From the NCBI GenBank assembly GCA_047602735.1, contig JBLKOK010000001.1, positions 14,261 to 78,260 on the forward strand: DNA of 64,000 nucleotides. The letters run 5' to 3'. Shown one piece after another: positions 36,385-45,823 of this stretch (its first letter is position 1; every line of letters starts with the position of its first letter). This DNA is from Candidatus Woesearchaeota archaeon (lineage in GTDB: Archaea; Nanobdellota; Nanobdellia; Woesearchaeales; 21-14-0-10-32-9). The position numbers and the translations under genes were made by a program. The notes below the pieces were generated by a model that saw only the letters and a program-made list of their open reading frames with translations, had not been told where the DNA came from and ran no database searches.

Positions 36385-37587
36385 ATGATCAAAATAGGAG
36401 TTATGGGAAATAGTTATGAAAAACTTAACGATTTAGAACAAAAAGTCTTAAATAAGTATTCAACCGAAAACATTATCCAAAGAAGAGAGTATCCTGGAGC
36501 TTATTTTTGGAGAGGAGAAAACGAATGGGAGAAGTTTTGTAAATCTAACTTTGTTTTAGATGATGTTCCGATAAATCTTAGAGGAATGATAAGCCTTATA
36601 AAATCAAATAAAGAAAGAATATATGTTATAGGAAACGATGAAACTAAAGATATATTTTCTTTAGTAAAAAGACAATTCGAGAGTTATTTAAAACAAGAAG
36701 GTAAAAGCATAGAATTTGTTCATGAAGGAACAGGAAGCTTTCCATTACATAATACTTTAATAAAAGCAAGAAATGCTATTGGAAAAGACAGCCAAATATT
36801 CTTTTTATCAGGAGACACCCCCTTATTTGATGTGAATAGCTATAAATTTGAAGACGTAGAAGATTATGATGTAGTTATAGATGTTAATTCAAGAGAAAAT
36901 ATTAACGGAAGATTTTTGGAAAAATACCCAGAACTAGGTGTTTATCCAAGATATTACCCCGTCGTCATACAAAATAACGGCAAAGAACATTTTTCTAAAG
37001 AATCTAATGGATATATTCTTACTTTAAATGATAAAACCATTAGTACTTCACAAAAATTTTATGGAATGAGAAAAGGAGGAATTTTAGAAATAGGAAGCTA
37101 TGTAGCAAAAAACATCTTAAAAGAAGACATAAGTAATGACGCATCAAAATTAATAAAACAATATGTTAATGGAGAAGGATGGAAAGTTAACAGCGAATTA
37201 ATAACAAGACTAGCAAATAACTTAGAAAAATTAAATGTTTTAGCAATACCAAATCATAATAGTCCCGGTAACTTAGAAGATATAGACTCACATATAGACT
37301 ATGCTTTTTTGAGAGCAGCGTTCGAAAATGATCCTACTATTTATAAATATCATGAAGATGTTGAAGAGTTTAAAGAAGAGCATATGAAAACGCTTAGCGA
37401 GATAAATTCCTTCTTTAAAAAAGATAAGTTTGCTCAATACTTTAATAAGTTCTTTGATAGACTAAATATCGAGTCTCCAATTACAAATAAAGGAGAGTTT
37501 AAATTAGAAATACTAGATAAGTACAATATTTCTGAAGAAAGATTAAAAGACCATAATACTTTACATAAAGAATATCTTGAAAGATAA
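36385..37587 (+). CDS. Hypothetical protein, possibly with an N-terminal GT-A/MobA-like NTP-transferase fold
   Basis: Weak resemblance only (IGVMGNS...K, FFLSGDTPLFD). Confidence 0.35.
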   Translation: MIKIGVMGNSYEKLNDLEQKVLNKYSTENIIQRREYPGAYFWRGENEWEKFCKSNFVLDDVPINLRGMISLIKSNKERIYVIGNDETKDIFSLVKRQFESYLKQEGKSIEFVHEGTGSFPLHNTLIKARNAIGKDSQIFFLSGDTPLFDVNSYKFEDVEDYDVVIDVNSRENINGRFLEKYPELGVYPRYYPVVIQNNGKEHFSKESNGYILTLNDKTISTSQKFYGMRKGGILEIGSYVAKNILKEDISNDASKLIKQYVNGEGWKVNSELITRLANNLEKLNVLAIPNHNSPGNLEDIDSHIDYAFLRAAFENDPTIYKYHEDVEEFKEEHMKTLSEINSFFKKDKFAQYFNKFFDRLNIESPITNKGEFKLEILDKYNISEERLKDHNTLHKEYLER

Positions 37588-38754
37588 TTATTTCTTGTAA
37601 AAGTAAATTAATAATGTTAAACAAATAAATATTAATGCACTTAAAAAAAACAAGGAAAAGCTAAAACTTATCTCTTCTCCTAAAAATCCTATGGCTGGAA
37701 ATATTAAAAACACACCTATGTTACTAAACATATTATTTACAGATAGCATCGTTGCCCTAGTAGATGTTGTTACATGCTTGTTTACATAATCACCTATTAA
37801 CACATGATAAAATCCACTTACAAAAGCCACAATAAACAAAAATATTACCCCTATATAATAAAATAAGAATGCAGATAGTAACACAGCTAAGAATAATAAC
37901 GAAGCACTATAAATTATTGAGTTCTTTTCGCCTAAAAACACTTCCATATCATGTGCTTTTTTTGAAGAGTAGGCAGTTGTTAAGCTCATAAAAAAAGATA
38001 TTAAACCTATTGAAGCTACAGGTATTAATATTAACTCAAAATATTTAGAAGATAAATTAAGCATCATAGCTATGGTAGATCCCATTATGAATGTAAACAA
38101 AGCCAAGTATTTCAAGTAATAATTGTTTTTAAAATATTTTAAACCTTTAGCCATTTGAAGAACCGAATTCTTAACAGTTATCTTAGTTTTAGAATTATAA
38201 GGTTCTGTTATGAAAAAAGTTAAAATAAACCCGATGAATACTAAAGGTAAAGAAGCTAGAGCAGGCAATTTGTAATAAATAGTAAAAAGATAACTTCCCG
38301 TTATAAATACTACCACCATAGAAATATTAGATATAGTATTTGCAAGACCAGCCACTTTTTTGTAATCCTTTTCACGCTTTAATCTCTTTAAAGAATCGTA
38401 AACTAAAGATTCAGAGGCTCCAGATGTAAAACTCACCGCTACCCCACTAATTATCTTTGCTATTAAAAATATTAAAAAGCCATCAAAAAAAGCAATTAAA
38501 GCTATTTCTACTAAATATAAAAACCGAGATAATAATAAAATATTTTTTTTACCTAAAAGATCAGTTACAGCTCCTGACGGAATTTCAAATAAAAGAGTAG
38601 CTAGTGCAAAAACAGACATTATTATTGTGAATTGCTCTAAAGAAACTTGCGAAGCAATAAAGAACAGAGCTATAACAGGGATAAAGAATCTTCCCCACAT
38701 AAGACTTGATATTACGTAATGAAGCTTTATGTTTCTTTCAAAGTACATCTTCAT
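37588..38754 (-). CDS. MFS transporter
   Basis: About 10-12 hydrophobic helices and MFS motif A-like GAVTDLLGKKN. Confidence 0.7.
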   Translation of the reverse strand: MKMYFERNIKLHYVISSLMWGRFFIPVIALFFIASQVSLEQFTIIMSVFALATLLFEIPSGAVTDLLGKKNILLLSRFLYLVEIALIAFFDGFLIFLIAKIISGVAVSFTSGASESLVYDSLKRLKREKDYKKVAGLANTISNISMVVVFITGSYLFTIYYKLPALASLPLVFIGFILTFFITEPYNSKTKITVKNSVLQMAKGLKYFKNNYYLKYLALFTFIMGSTIAMMLNLSSKYFELILIPVASIGLISFFMSLTTAYSSKKAHDMEVFLGEKNSIIYSASLLFLAVLLSAFLFYYIGVIFLFIVAFVSGFYHVLIGDYVNKHVTTSTRATMLSVNNMFSNIGVFLIFPAIGFLGEEISFSFSLFFLSALIFICLTLLIYFYKK

Positions 38755-38782
38755 AGAATTCTAATTAAATGTAATGTTTTAT

Positions 38783-38798
38783 TAAATTATCTAAAAAT
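38783..38798 (+). repeat. 16-bp direct repeat TAAATTATCTAAAAAT, copy 1 (upstream of the NTase gene)
   Basis: Exact second copy at 39461..39476. Confidence 0.8.
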
Positions 38799-38827
38799 AT
38801 ATAAATTTAAGACTGATAAAAATTAAT

Positions 38828-39463
38828 ATGACTAGCTCAAAAAAAACAATACAATATATTAAGGATAATACTAATAAAGAAAACTACGTAACTATGTTTG
38901 TAGCAGGATCTATACCTCAAGAATTAATAAAAGGTTCAGATTTAGATATATTTTTTATTGTTAAAGAAGAAAAAAAAAATGAATTCTTTGAAAATATTAC
39001 TAATATTATGAACAAATATCTTAAAAACAAACAAGATATTAAATACACATTTTTTAGAGGCCCTATAAAATATAAAAATAAAGGATTAATACATTTTGTT
39101 ATATATTTAAAATCTAAAAAACCAGATTTTGAAGACAGAGCACAATTCATAGGAGAATCAAGACCAGTTCTAAAAAGCTTATTAGCAAAACATGAAATAA
39201 TAAATGGTGAAAGAATAGAGCAGTTACTAAAAAACGTGGATTTTTCAAATACAAATATAACTAAAAAAGACATAAGTAAAATGAGAACTAAACATGAACG
39301 TCTAATTAAAGAAGATAAAATTTGTTATTCTGAATGGAAAAAAACAAAGAATGGATGGCAATTCATAAGAACAAATAAAAAAGTGAGTAAATATCTTAAA
39401 AATTATTTGAATAACTATTATACAAAACATATAAACAATGCTTTAAAAAAGTTAAAAAAATAA
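38828..39463 (+). CDS. Nucleotidyltransferase-domain protein
   Basis: AGSIPQELIKGSDLDIFFIV (GS...DxD). Confidence 0.55.
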   Translation: MTSSKKTIQYIKDNTNKENYVTMFVAGSIPQELIKGSDLDIFFIVKEEKKNEFFENITNIMNKYLKNKQDIKYTFFRGPIKYKNKGLIHFVIYLKSKKPDFEDRAQFIGESRPVLKSLLAKHEIINGERIEQLLKNVDFSNTNITKKDISKMRTKHERLIKEDKICYSEWKKTKNGWQFIRTNKKVSKYLKNYLNNYYTKHINNALKKLKK

Positions 39464-39476
39464 ATTATCTAAAAAT
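39461..39476 (+). repeat. 16-bp direct repeat TAAATTATCTAAAAAT, copy 2 (starts at the NTase stop codon, upstream of orc1/cdc6)
   Basis: Exact copy of 38783..38798. Confidence 0.8.
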
Positions 39477-39519
39477 TTAGGAATAAAGTATATAAATAAC
39501 AGACCATAAACAAAGAATT

Positions 39520-40575
39520 ATGGGAGTTTTTGACGACGTACTTAAAGCAAATCAAACATTAATAAAAAACGATGCAGCACTAGATTACGAATTCTTACCA
39601 AAAATTTTACCGTACAGAGAAAACGAACAAAAGTATCTGGCTACTTGCATAAAACCATTATTTCAAGAAAGAAGCGGAAGAAACTTATTTATTCACGGAG
39701 CACCAGGTATTGGAAAAACAGCAGCCACGAGACACGTTCTTAGAGATTTAGAAGAACAAACAGATGAAATAGAACCATTATACATTAACTGTTGGCAAAA
39801 AAATACTACTTACAAAGTTCTTTTAGAAATATGTGATTTGTTAGGTTATAAATTTACACAAAACAAAAAAACAACCGAGCTATACAAAGTTATAACAACT
39901 ATACTAAATAAAAAAAGCGCAGTATTTGTGTTTGATGAAATAGATAAAGCAGAAGATCTGGATTTTTTATATTTTGTTTTAGAAGAAGTACACAGAAAAT
40001 GTGTGTTTTTGATAACTAATTATAAGTCATGGTTAGTAGAACTTGATGAGAGAATAAAAAGCAGACTTATACCCGAGATGAATGAGTTTAAACAATATAG
40101 CCTAGAAGAAACTAAAGGAATTCTTAAAGACAGACTAGACTACGCGTTTTATCCAGGAGTTTGGAGAGATGAATGTTTTAGTTTAGTAGCTCAAAAAGCC
40201 GCTAGCCTAAAAGATATTAGGAGCGGATTATTTTTATTAAAAGAAAGTGCTCTTCAAGCAGAAGATAATTCAAGAAAAAAAATAGAGCTAGAAGATGTCA
40301 AATCAGCAATAAAAAAACTTGAAGATTTTACCATAAAAAATAGTACTGAGCTAGAAAAAGAAAGCCAATTAATCTATGAATTAGTTAAACAGCATTCAGG
40401 TAAAAAAATAGGAGATTTATTTGAAATTTACCAACAAAGAGGAGGAGGAAGTAGCTATAAGACTTTTCAAAGAAAAATATCTAAACTCGAAGAAGGTAAG
40501 TTCATAAAAACAAAAAAACAAACAGGTGCAGGCGGAAATACAACGATAGTTGAAAAAAAACTTAGCGATTATTAG
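39520..40575 (+). CDS. cdc6: Orc1/Cdc6 replication initiator
   Basis: LPYRENEQKYL, Walker A GAPGIGKTA, Walker B VFVFDEIDK, and a C-terminal winged helix. Confidence 0.9.
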   Translation: MGVFDDVLKANQTLIKNDAALDYEFLPKILPYRENEQKYLATCIKPLFQERSGRNLFIHGAPGIGKTAATRHVLRDLEEQTDEIEPLYINCWQKNTTYKVLLEICDLLGYKFTQNKKTTELYKVITTILNKKSAVFVFDEIDKAEDLDFLYFVLEEVHRKCVFLITNYKSWLVELDERIKSRLIPEMNEFKQYSLEETKGILKDRLDYAFYPGVWRDECFSLVAQKAASLKDIRSGLFLLKESALQAEDNSRKKIELEDVKSAIKKLEDFTIKNSTELEKESQLIYELVKQHSGKKIGDLFEIYQQRGGGSSYKTFQRKISKLEEGKFIKTKKQTGAGGNTTIVEKKLSDY

Positions 40576-41197
40576 CAAATAAATCTAAAACAGGCTCAGA
40601 ATAAAGCATGTTCTCAGTAATTCCTACTAAAAAAAGGTCAGAATCATATTTTTTATATAAATTAAATTTATGATAATCTGCCTTTAATACAAGATTTTTA
40701 ACATGATTAAATGAAAGATCTTTATCAAAAACTAAGTGTGTGTCTAAAATATTAACAAAATCGTCATCAAAATAAAATTTAGCCGCACTTCCTAAACCAA
40801 GCGATAAGAATTTATCCCTCACAACTTTTTTACAATTAACAGAATTTAAAGACATTTCAACAACATAATCGTAATCTTTTAAACTTAAATCCGCAGCTAC
40901 ATTAAAATAAGTACTGCTTAAAAGATCTGCAGTATCAGTAAAATAAGATAAATCACCTTGCTCTATATCAGGATATAACTTTATTAATTTATTTAATAAC
41001 CCCATATTAGAATTTATTTGCTCAGTAGACTTATTTTTAAAAAAAGGATCTAATAATGAATGTAAAAATTCCTTTTTTTCACTTACTACGAATCTATTAA
41101 TACCCTCACTTAAATATAATTCCTTATCACGAACTTTATTTGAATGAATCTTCTTAATCAATTTACTATCAGAAAGGTTTGAATTATTTTGATACAT
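40562..41197 (-). CDS. Hypothetical protein
   Basis: 211-aa ORF; its 3' end overlaps orc1/cdc6 convergently. Confidence 0.4.
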   Translation of the reverse strand: MYQNNSNLSDSKLIKKIHSNKVRDKELYLSEGINRFVVSEKKEFLHSLLDPFFKNKSTEQINSNMGLLNKLIKLYPDIEQGDLSYFTDTADLLSSTYFNVAADLSLKDYDYVVEMSLNSVNCKKVVRDKFLSLGLGSAAKFYFDDDFVNILDTHLVFDKDLSFNHVKNLVLKADYHKFNLYKKYDSDLFLVGITENMLYSEPVLDLFANNR

Positions 41198-41278
41198 TAA
41201 AAAAATAATAGTCTATAACAATATAAAAATATTTCTATTTACCACTATATAATGGTTTCTTGTTTTTCACTGGACAAG

Positions 41279-41290
41279 TCCGCGCGCGGA
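41279..41290. other. Perfect 12-bp GC palindrome TCCGCGCGCGGA in an AT-rich intergenic region
   Basis: Read directly from the sequence. It contains alternating (CG)4. Confidence 0.9.
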
Positions 41291-41334
41291 GTATATAAAC
41301 CAAATAAACAAAATAGTGTATGAGGTGATAAAAA

Positions 41335-41433
41335 ATGAATCACATAAAAAAAAATCCAAGATGTCATAGTAACGGACTTGAAATACAAAACATATTTTTT
41401 GAACAAATAAAAAAAATAAGCATTACGGCATGA
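41335..41433 (+). CDS. Tiny ORF 1 (32 aa) with strong Shine-Dalgarno
   Basis: GAGGTGA lies 6 nt before the ATG. Translation: MNHIKKNPRCHSNGLEIQNIFFEQIKKISITA. Not in the supplied track (<60 aa). Confidence 0.35.
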   Translation: MNHIKKNPRCHSNGLEIQNIFFEQIKKISITA

Positions 41434-41444
41434 GGTGAACAAAA

Positions 41445-41558
41445 ATGATTAGATACGGAGACAAAATCTTACCAGTTATGATGAGTCATAACTTAATAAC
41501 ACCAGAAGAAAGCGAAGAATACAGAACATATTTAGAAGGTGACTTTGAAAATGCATAA
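41445..41558 (+). CDS. Tiny ORF 2 (37 aa) with strong Shine-Dalgarno
   Basis: A second GAGGTGA lies 6 nt before the ATG. Translation: MIRYGDKILPVMMSHNLITPEESEEYRTYLEGDFENA. Confidence 0.35.
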   Translation: MIRYGDKILPVMMSHNLITPEESEEYRTYLEGDFENA

Positions 41559-41685
41559 GATATTAGACAAACTATTCGGAAAAACAAATTACATGGACTG
41601 GCAAGAGTATGAAAAAAGAGTTAATTTCATAGACCAATTTTACTGGCAACAAAGCGTTAGACAAAAGTCTTTAAAAAACACATAA
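41551..41685 (+). CDS. Tiny ORF 3 (44 aa), start overlaps the ORF 2 stop (ATGCATAA)
   Basis: AGGTGA lies 8 nt before the ATG. Translation: MHKILDKLFGKTNYMDWQEYEKRVNFIDQFYWQQSVRQKSLKNT. Confidence 0.35.
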   Translation: MHKILDKLFGKTNYMDWQEYEKRVNFIDQFYWQQSVRQKSLKNT

Positions 41686-41737
41686 TTTTTATTATTTTTC
41701 AATTAAATATATAAAAACAAGCATCTTCCCCTAAACT

Positions 41738-42325
41738 ATGGAAATAATAACTCAAGACGAATTATACAATTCCAAAAAAAAATATTTCGAATTCTTAAAA
41801 AACGATATATTTATTCATCCAACAGAATGGGGTTATGCCCTTAGCTGTGATGCAACAAACCATAAACTAATAGAAAAGGTTAGAGAAACAAAAAAAACAC
41901 TTCTACAACCATTCTCAATAATACCTCCAAGTAAAGACTGGGTTTTACAAAACTGTGAATTAAATGAAGCGCAAAAAAAATACTTAAATACACTCGGAAA
42001 AAGAGTTAAAATAGATGAAAAAGAACATATAGTAACACTTGTTTTAAAACTAAAAAATAAAGACGCAATAGCAAAAAACGTCGCTCCAGGATTTGACACA
42101 ATAGGAATAAAAATACCTAGTCACTGGTTTTCTGAAATAGTTAGAGAAATAGAAAAACCCCTAATTAGCACAAGTGCAAACACTATCGGAGATAACTTTG
42201 TTTCATCACTAGATGATTTATCAAGTAAAATAAAAAACATATGTAGCTTTGCAATAAATGAAGGAGAAAAGAAAGGAATACCCACAATAGTCATACAACC
42301 ACACGACTATAAAGACAGATCTTAA
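41738..42325 (+). CDS. tsaC: L-threonylcarbamoyladenylate synthase (YrdC/TsaC-type, single domain)
   Basis: YrdC-domain pattern IHPTEWGYALSCDATNHKLIEKVRETKK...PFSII and ISTSAN. Confidence 0.7.
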   Translation: MEIITQDELYNSKKKYFEFLKNDIFIHPTEWGYALSCDATNHKLIEKVRETKKTLLQPFSIIPPSKDWVLQNCELNEAQKKYLNTLGKRVKIDEKEHIVTLVLKLKNKDAIAKNVAPGFDTIGIKIPSHWFSEIVREIEKPLISTSANTIGDNFVSSLDDLSSKIKNICSFAINEGEKKGIPTIVIQPHDYKDRS

Positions 42326-43740
42326 CCTTTTATAACACCCATAGGAAATACTTTTGCAACAAGTAAACCAATACCTGCTTTATGACTAACTTTTACTACT
42401 TCATCTACATCTTTATATGCACCAGGAGCTTCTTCACTTATACCTCTAAGAGTTGAAGCCTTGACAAGAATTTTTCTTTTTTCTAAAGAATCTTTAATCT
42501 CTTGACCAGTCCAAGACTTAGTTGCTTTAAAACGAGATAATAAACGTCCAGCACCATGAGCAGTACTGCCAAAACTTTCATCCATAGCTTTTTGAGTGCC
42601 TGCAAGAACATAACTGCTTGTACCCATACTCCCAGGAATAAAAATAGGCTGACCCGTTTTTTTATACCTTTTAGGAATCTCAGGATTGTTTGGACCAAAA
42701 GCCCTAGTAGCTCCTTTTCTATGAACCCACACTTTTTGTTTTTTATCATCTATTATGTGTTCTTCTAACTTAGCAATGTTATGCGCAACATCATACACAG
42801 TTTCAAGTTTAGACTCGGGAAATATTTCCTTAAAAGCCTCACGAGTTTGATGACCAATTAAATGACGATTAGTCCAAGCAAAATTAGCAGCACTACACAT
42901 AGCAGCATAATACTCTTTTGCTAAATCTGACTCAGCAGGCGCATAAGCTAAGTTTTTATCAGGTAAATCCTTAATTAAATCAGGAAAAGTATCTTCTATT
43001 TTTCTAAGATAATCACTACAAACCTGATGACCTAACCCACGGCTTCCTGTGTGAATTAAAACAACTACTTGATCTTTTTTAGTTATTCCAAAAACATCAG
43101 CGATTTCTTTATCAAAAATTTCTCCAACATATTGTATTTCTAAGAAATGATTACCAGAACCAAGAGTTCCAAGCTGGGCTCTGCCTCTTTTTTTAGCTTT
43201 ATCACTAACTTTTGAAGGATCAGCACCAATAAGCTTACCGTTACTTTCACAATTTTCAATATCTTCTTTTAATCCAAGACCTCTTTTAATCATAACAGAA
43301 GGTCCTTCAATCATTACTTCATCTAATTCCTCATTTGTTAATCTAAAAATTGATTTTTCGCCAACACCAGGAGGAACTTTTTTGTATAATAAATCTAATA
43401 ACTCTCTTAATCTAGGTTCAACTTCTGATCTTGTAAGATTAGTTGTTAATAAACGCACGCCGCAATTCACATCGAATCCTACTCCACCAGGACTCAAACA
43501 ACCATCTTTGTGATCTGTTGCAGCAACTCCTCCAATACTAAACCCATAACCTTGATGAGCATCAGGCATCATTATACTAAAACCCTTGATACCTGGAAGA
43601 TGAGCTACGTTTATTCCTTGTTTTAAAGAATCGTCTTGCTTCATCTTATCCATAAGCTTTTGTGAAGCAAATATTTTTACAGGAACATTCATCTTACCTG
43701 TTTTTTCTATTAAGTAAGAATAATCATTTAATTTTTTCAT
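42322..43740 (-). CDS. rtcB: RNA 3'-phosphate ligase RtcB
   Basis: GGVGFDVNCGVR, GSGNHFLE, HTGSRGLGHQV and HGAGR. Confidence 0.95.
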   Translation of the reverse strand: MKKLNDYSYLIEKTGKMNVPVKIFASQKLMDKMKQDDSLKQGINVAHLPGIKGFSIMMPDAHQGYGFSIGGVAATDHKDGCLSPGGVGFDVNCGVRLLTTNLTRSEVEPRLRELLDLLYKKVPPGVGEKSIFRLTNEELDEVMIEGPSVMIKRGLGLKEDIENCESNGKLIGADPSKVSDKAKKRGRAQLGTLGSGNHFLEIQYVGEIFDKEIADVFGITKKDQVVVLIHTGSRGLGHQVCSDYLRKIEDTFPDLIKDLPDKNLAYAPAESDLAKEYYAAMCSAANFAWTNRHLIGHQTREAFKEIFPESKLETVYDVAHNIAKLEEHIIDDKKQKVWVHRKGATRAFGPNNPEIPKRYKKTGQPIFIPGSMGTSSYVLAGTQKAMDESFGSTAHGAGRLLSRFKATKSWTGQEIKDSLEKRKILVKASTLRGISEEAPGAYKDVDEVVKVSHKAGIGLLVAKVFPMGVIKG

Positions 43741-43774
43741 GATAAATAAAATGAGTATATGTTTTTAATAGTTA

Positions 43775-44179
43775 CTATAAATCTAAAACTAGCTGAACCC
43801 AAACAGGATCTTTATTTATTTGCATCTCATTATAAGTCGGAGCTTTAACATAAGTATGGACATCATAATTGTCAGCATTATCTCCTGATATTATTGCATG
43901 TAATTCACCATTTTTTATAGATAATTTGTTTACTTTTGATAATAAAAAACCTTCTGTGTCTAATAAGAATATTAATTCATCAATAAAATCAAATAATAAA
44001 GCCTCGTTAGATGATGACTTTACAAATATCTCTTTTTCTTCTAAATCTTTAACTTTAGATACCTCAGTCATTACTTGAAAAGTTGCAAGTGCAGCATTAC
44101 TAAAAGCTTCCTCTAAATCCTTTCCGTAAGCCCTAAATTTAACGTCAGCTGTATGATCAAAGAATTCAAAATTTACCAT
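43775..44179 (-). CDS. Archease (RtcB activator)
   Basis: FEFFDHTADVKFRAYGKDLEEAFSNAALA N-terminal signature; adjacent to rtcB. Confidence 0.85.
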   Translation of the reverse strand: MVNFEFFDHTADVKFRAYGKDLEEAFSNAALATFQVMTEVSKVKDLEEKEIFVKSSSNEALLFDFIDELIFLLDTEGFLLSKVNKLSIKNGELHAIISGDNADNYDVHTYVKAPTYNEMQINKDPVWVQLVLDL

Positions 44180-44406
44180 TCTACTATTTCTACTCTAGGA
44201 GTTTTTTTAGGCTCTTCTTTTTTTACTTCATCATCTTTGTCATCATCAAATAAACCAAACACGGACTCGTCTGAAGATGTAGTAGAACTAAAATCTGATG
44301 AACCATAACTAGAATTACTATTTTTATCTAAAAAACCTTCAAGAAAAACAATAGCCCTTTTTATGTCCTCTTTAGAATCTCTTAAAGTATCAATTTTTAT
44401 TTCCAT
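44173..44406 (-). CDS. Small acidic hypothetical protein, overlaps the archease start by 7 nt
   Basis: ORF only. Confidence 0.4.
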   Translation of the reverse strand: MEIKIDTLRDSKEDIKRAIVFLEGFLDKNSNSSYGSSDFSSTTSSDESVFGLFDDDKDDEVKKEEPKKTPRVEIVEW

Positions 44407-44438
44407 AAAACAAAAAATAACATTTGAGATATAAAAAA

Positions 44439-45203
44439 TTATTTATTTTTAAAAAGACTCAGATAATTCATAAATATCATGTTTGAAGCTTCTAATTCAT
44501 CAATTTCTTTAATCTTAGCAATTTCTTGTATAGCCACACTTACATAGTGAGGTTTACTATAACCATCAAAAGGAGACATGTAAGGTCCGTCTGTTTCAGT
44601 TAATAATTGTTTTAATTTAACATATCTTACTAAGTCTTGAAGTTGCTGACTTTTATTTACAATTGGTAACACAGAGAAAAAATAGCCATTATCAGCAGCT
44701 CTCATCATCAACTTCTTCTTACCCATAAAACAATGAAGTATAGGATTTTTAAGCTTACTCTCCTCTAATAATTCTATTATTTGTTGTTCTGCTTTTCTTG
44801 AATGAATTATTAGCGGAATCTTTGTTTTTTTGCTTAACTCAATGAATTTTTTAAAGGTGTAGAGCTGTTTTTGTTTTTGTTCTTCTTCTAAACCTTTATC
44901 AAGTTCCTTGTTATCAAGACCAACTTCGCCGTATGCTATGCAATTAGAATTTTTTATGAATTCTATTTCTTCATCTATTTCTTCATAAGATAAATCATGA
45001 ACATCAGTAGGATATAAACCCAAAGCAGGTTTTACTACGTCATATTTTTTTGAAAGTTCTAATACTTTTCTATTACTTTGTTTATTAACACCATTTGCAA
45101 TTATTACTTTAACTCCTTTATCAATACATTCTTTGATTAAATTATCTATGTCTTTTTCATAGGTATTAAAATCTAAATGTATGTGTACATCAACTAGCTT
45201 CAT
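44439..45203 (-). CDS. TatD-family metal-dependent hydrolase/DNase
   Basis: VDVHIHLD, GEVGLD, IIHSR and TETDGPYM motifs. Confidence 0.85.
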   Translation of the reverse strand: MKLVDVHIHLDFNTYEKDIDNLIKECIDKGVKVIIANGVNKQSNRKVLELSKKYDVVKPALGLYPTDVHDLSYEEIDEEIEFIKNSNCIAYGEVGLDNKELDKGLEEEQKQKQLYTFKKFIELSKKTKIPLIIHSRKAEQQIIELLEESKLKNPILHCFMGKKKLMMRAADNGYFFSVLPIVNKSQQLQDLVRYVKLKQLLTETDGPYMSPFDGYSKPHYVSVAIQEIAKIKEIDELEASNMIFMNYLSLFKNK

Positions 45204-45823
45204 TTTAACTTTTTTAAGATATCTTCAAACACAGAATCTATATCACTAGAAGCGTCAACATGAATTATATCTACTTTTTTATCTTTAAACACTTTTAATA
45301 CTAAGTCATTTTCTTTGTGATAAAGACTTAAACGGTTCAAAACATTTTCTGGTTTGTCATCATCTCTTTTAACAATTTCACCACCAGAAGCAGTACAATC
45401 ATGTATGTCTTTTGCAGTTATTTTATCTTCAATGAACACTTTGTGATTACTTGTACAAATAAGTCTTTTACTTATTCTATTTATTGCAACTTCATCAGAT
45501 ATGTTTAAAGCAATAACTTTATCTACGTCTGTTAAATTTAATAAAAAAGTTGCTTGTCTTTCATTTCTAGGATAACCATCAAGTATGAAGTTATCAGGAT
45601 ATCTTTTTAATACATTTTCTAATATTTTATTATTGATTTCTCTTGGAACAAGTTTTCCTTCATCCATTGCTTTTTTTACGATGTCAGCATAAGGACCATG
45701 CCTTTTTACCTCATCTCTCAAGACATCTCCAAGTGAGATATGAATTAAACCTTTTTTTTGAGCAAGTAAGTCTGCTTGTGTTCCTTTTCCCGAACCTTGG
45801 GGTCCTAGTATTACTATTTTCAT
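45200..45823 (-). CDS. adk: Adenylate kinase
   Basis: MKIVILGPQGSGKGTQ P-loop, ILDGYPRN, and a lid region. Confidence 0.9.
   Translation of the reverse strand: MKIVILGPQGSGKGTQADLLAQKKGLIHISLGDVLRDEVKRHGPYADIVKKAMDEGKLVPREINNKILENVLKRYPDNFILDGYPRNERQATFLLNLTDVDKVIALNISDEVAINRISKRLICTSNHKVFIEDKITAKDIHDCTASGGEIVKRDDDKPENVLNRLSLYHKENDLVLKVFKDKKVDIIHVDASSDIDSVFEDILKKLK

Noticed and set aside
41245-41442. Listed 65-aa minus-strand ORF in the orc1-tsaC gap
   Set aside because: It has no ribosome-binding site and a hydrophobic, junk-like composition. The opposite strand carries serial AGGTGA-ATG units, which are a better explanation of the region.
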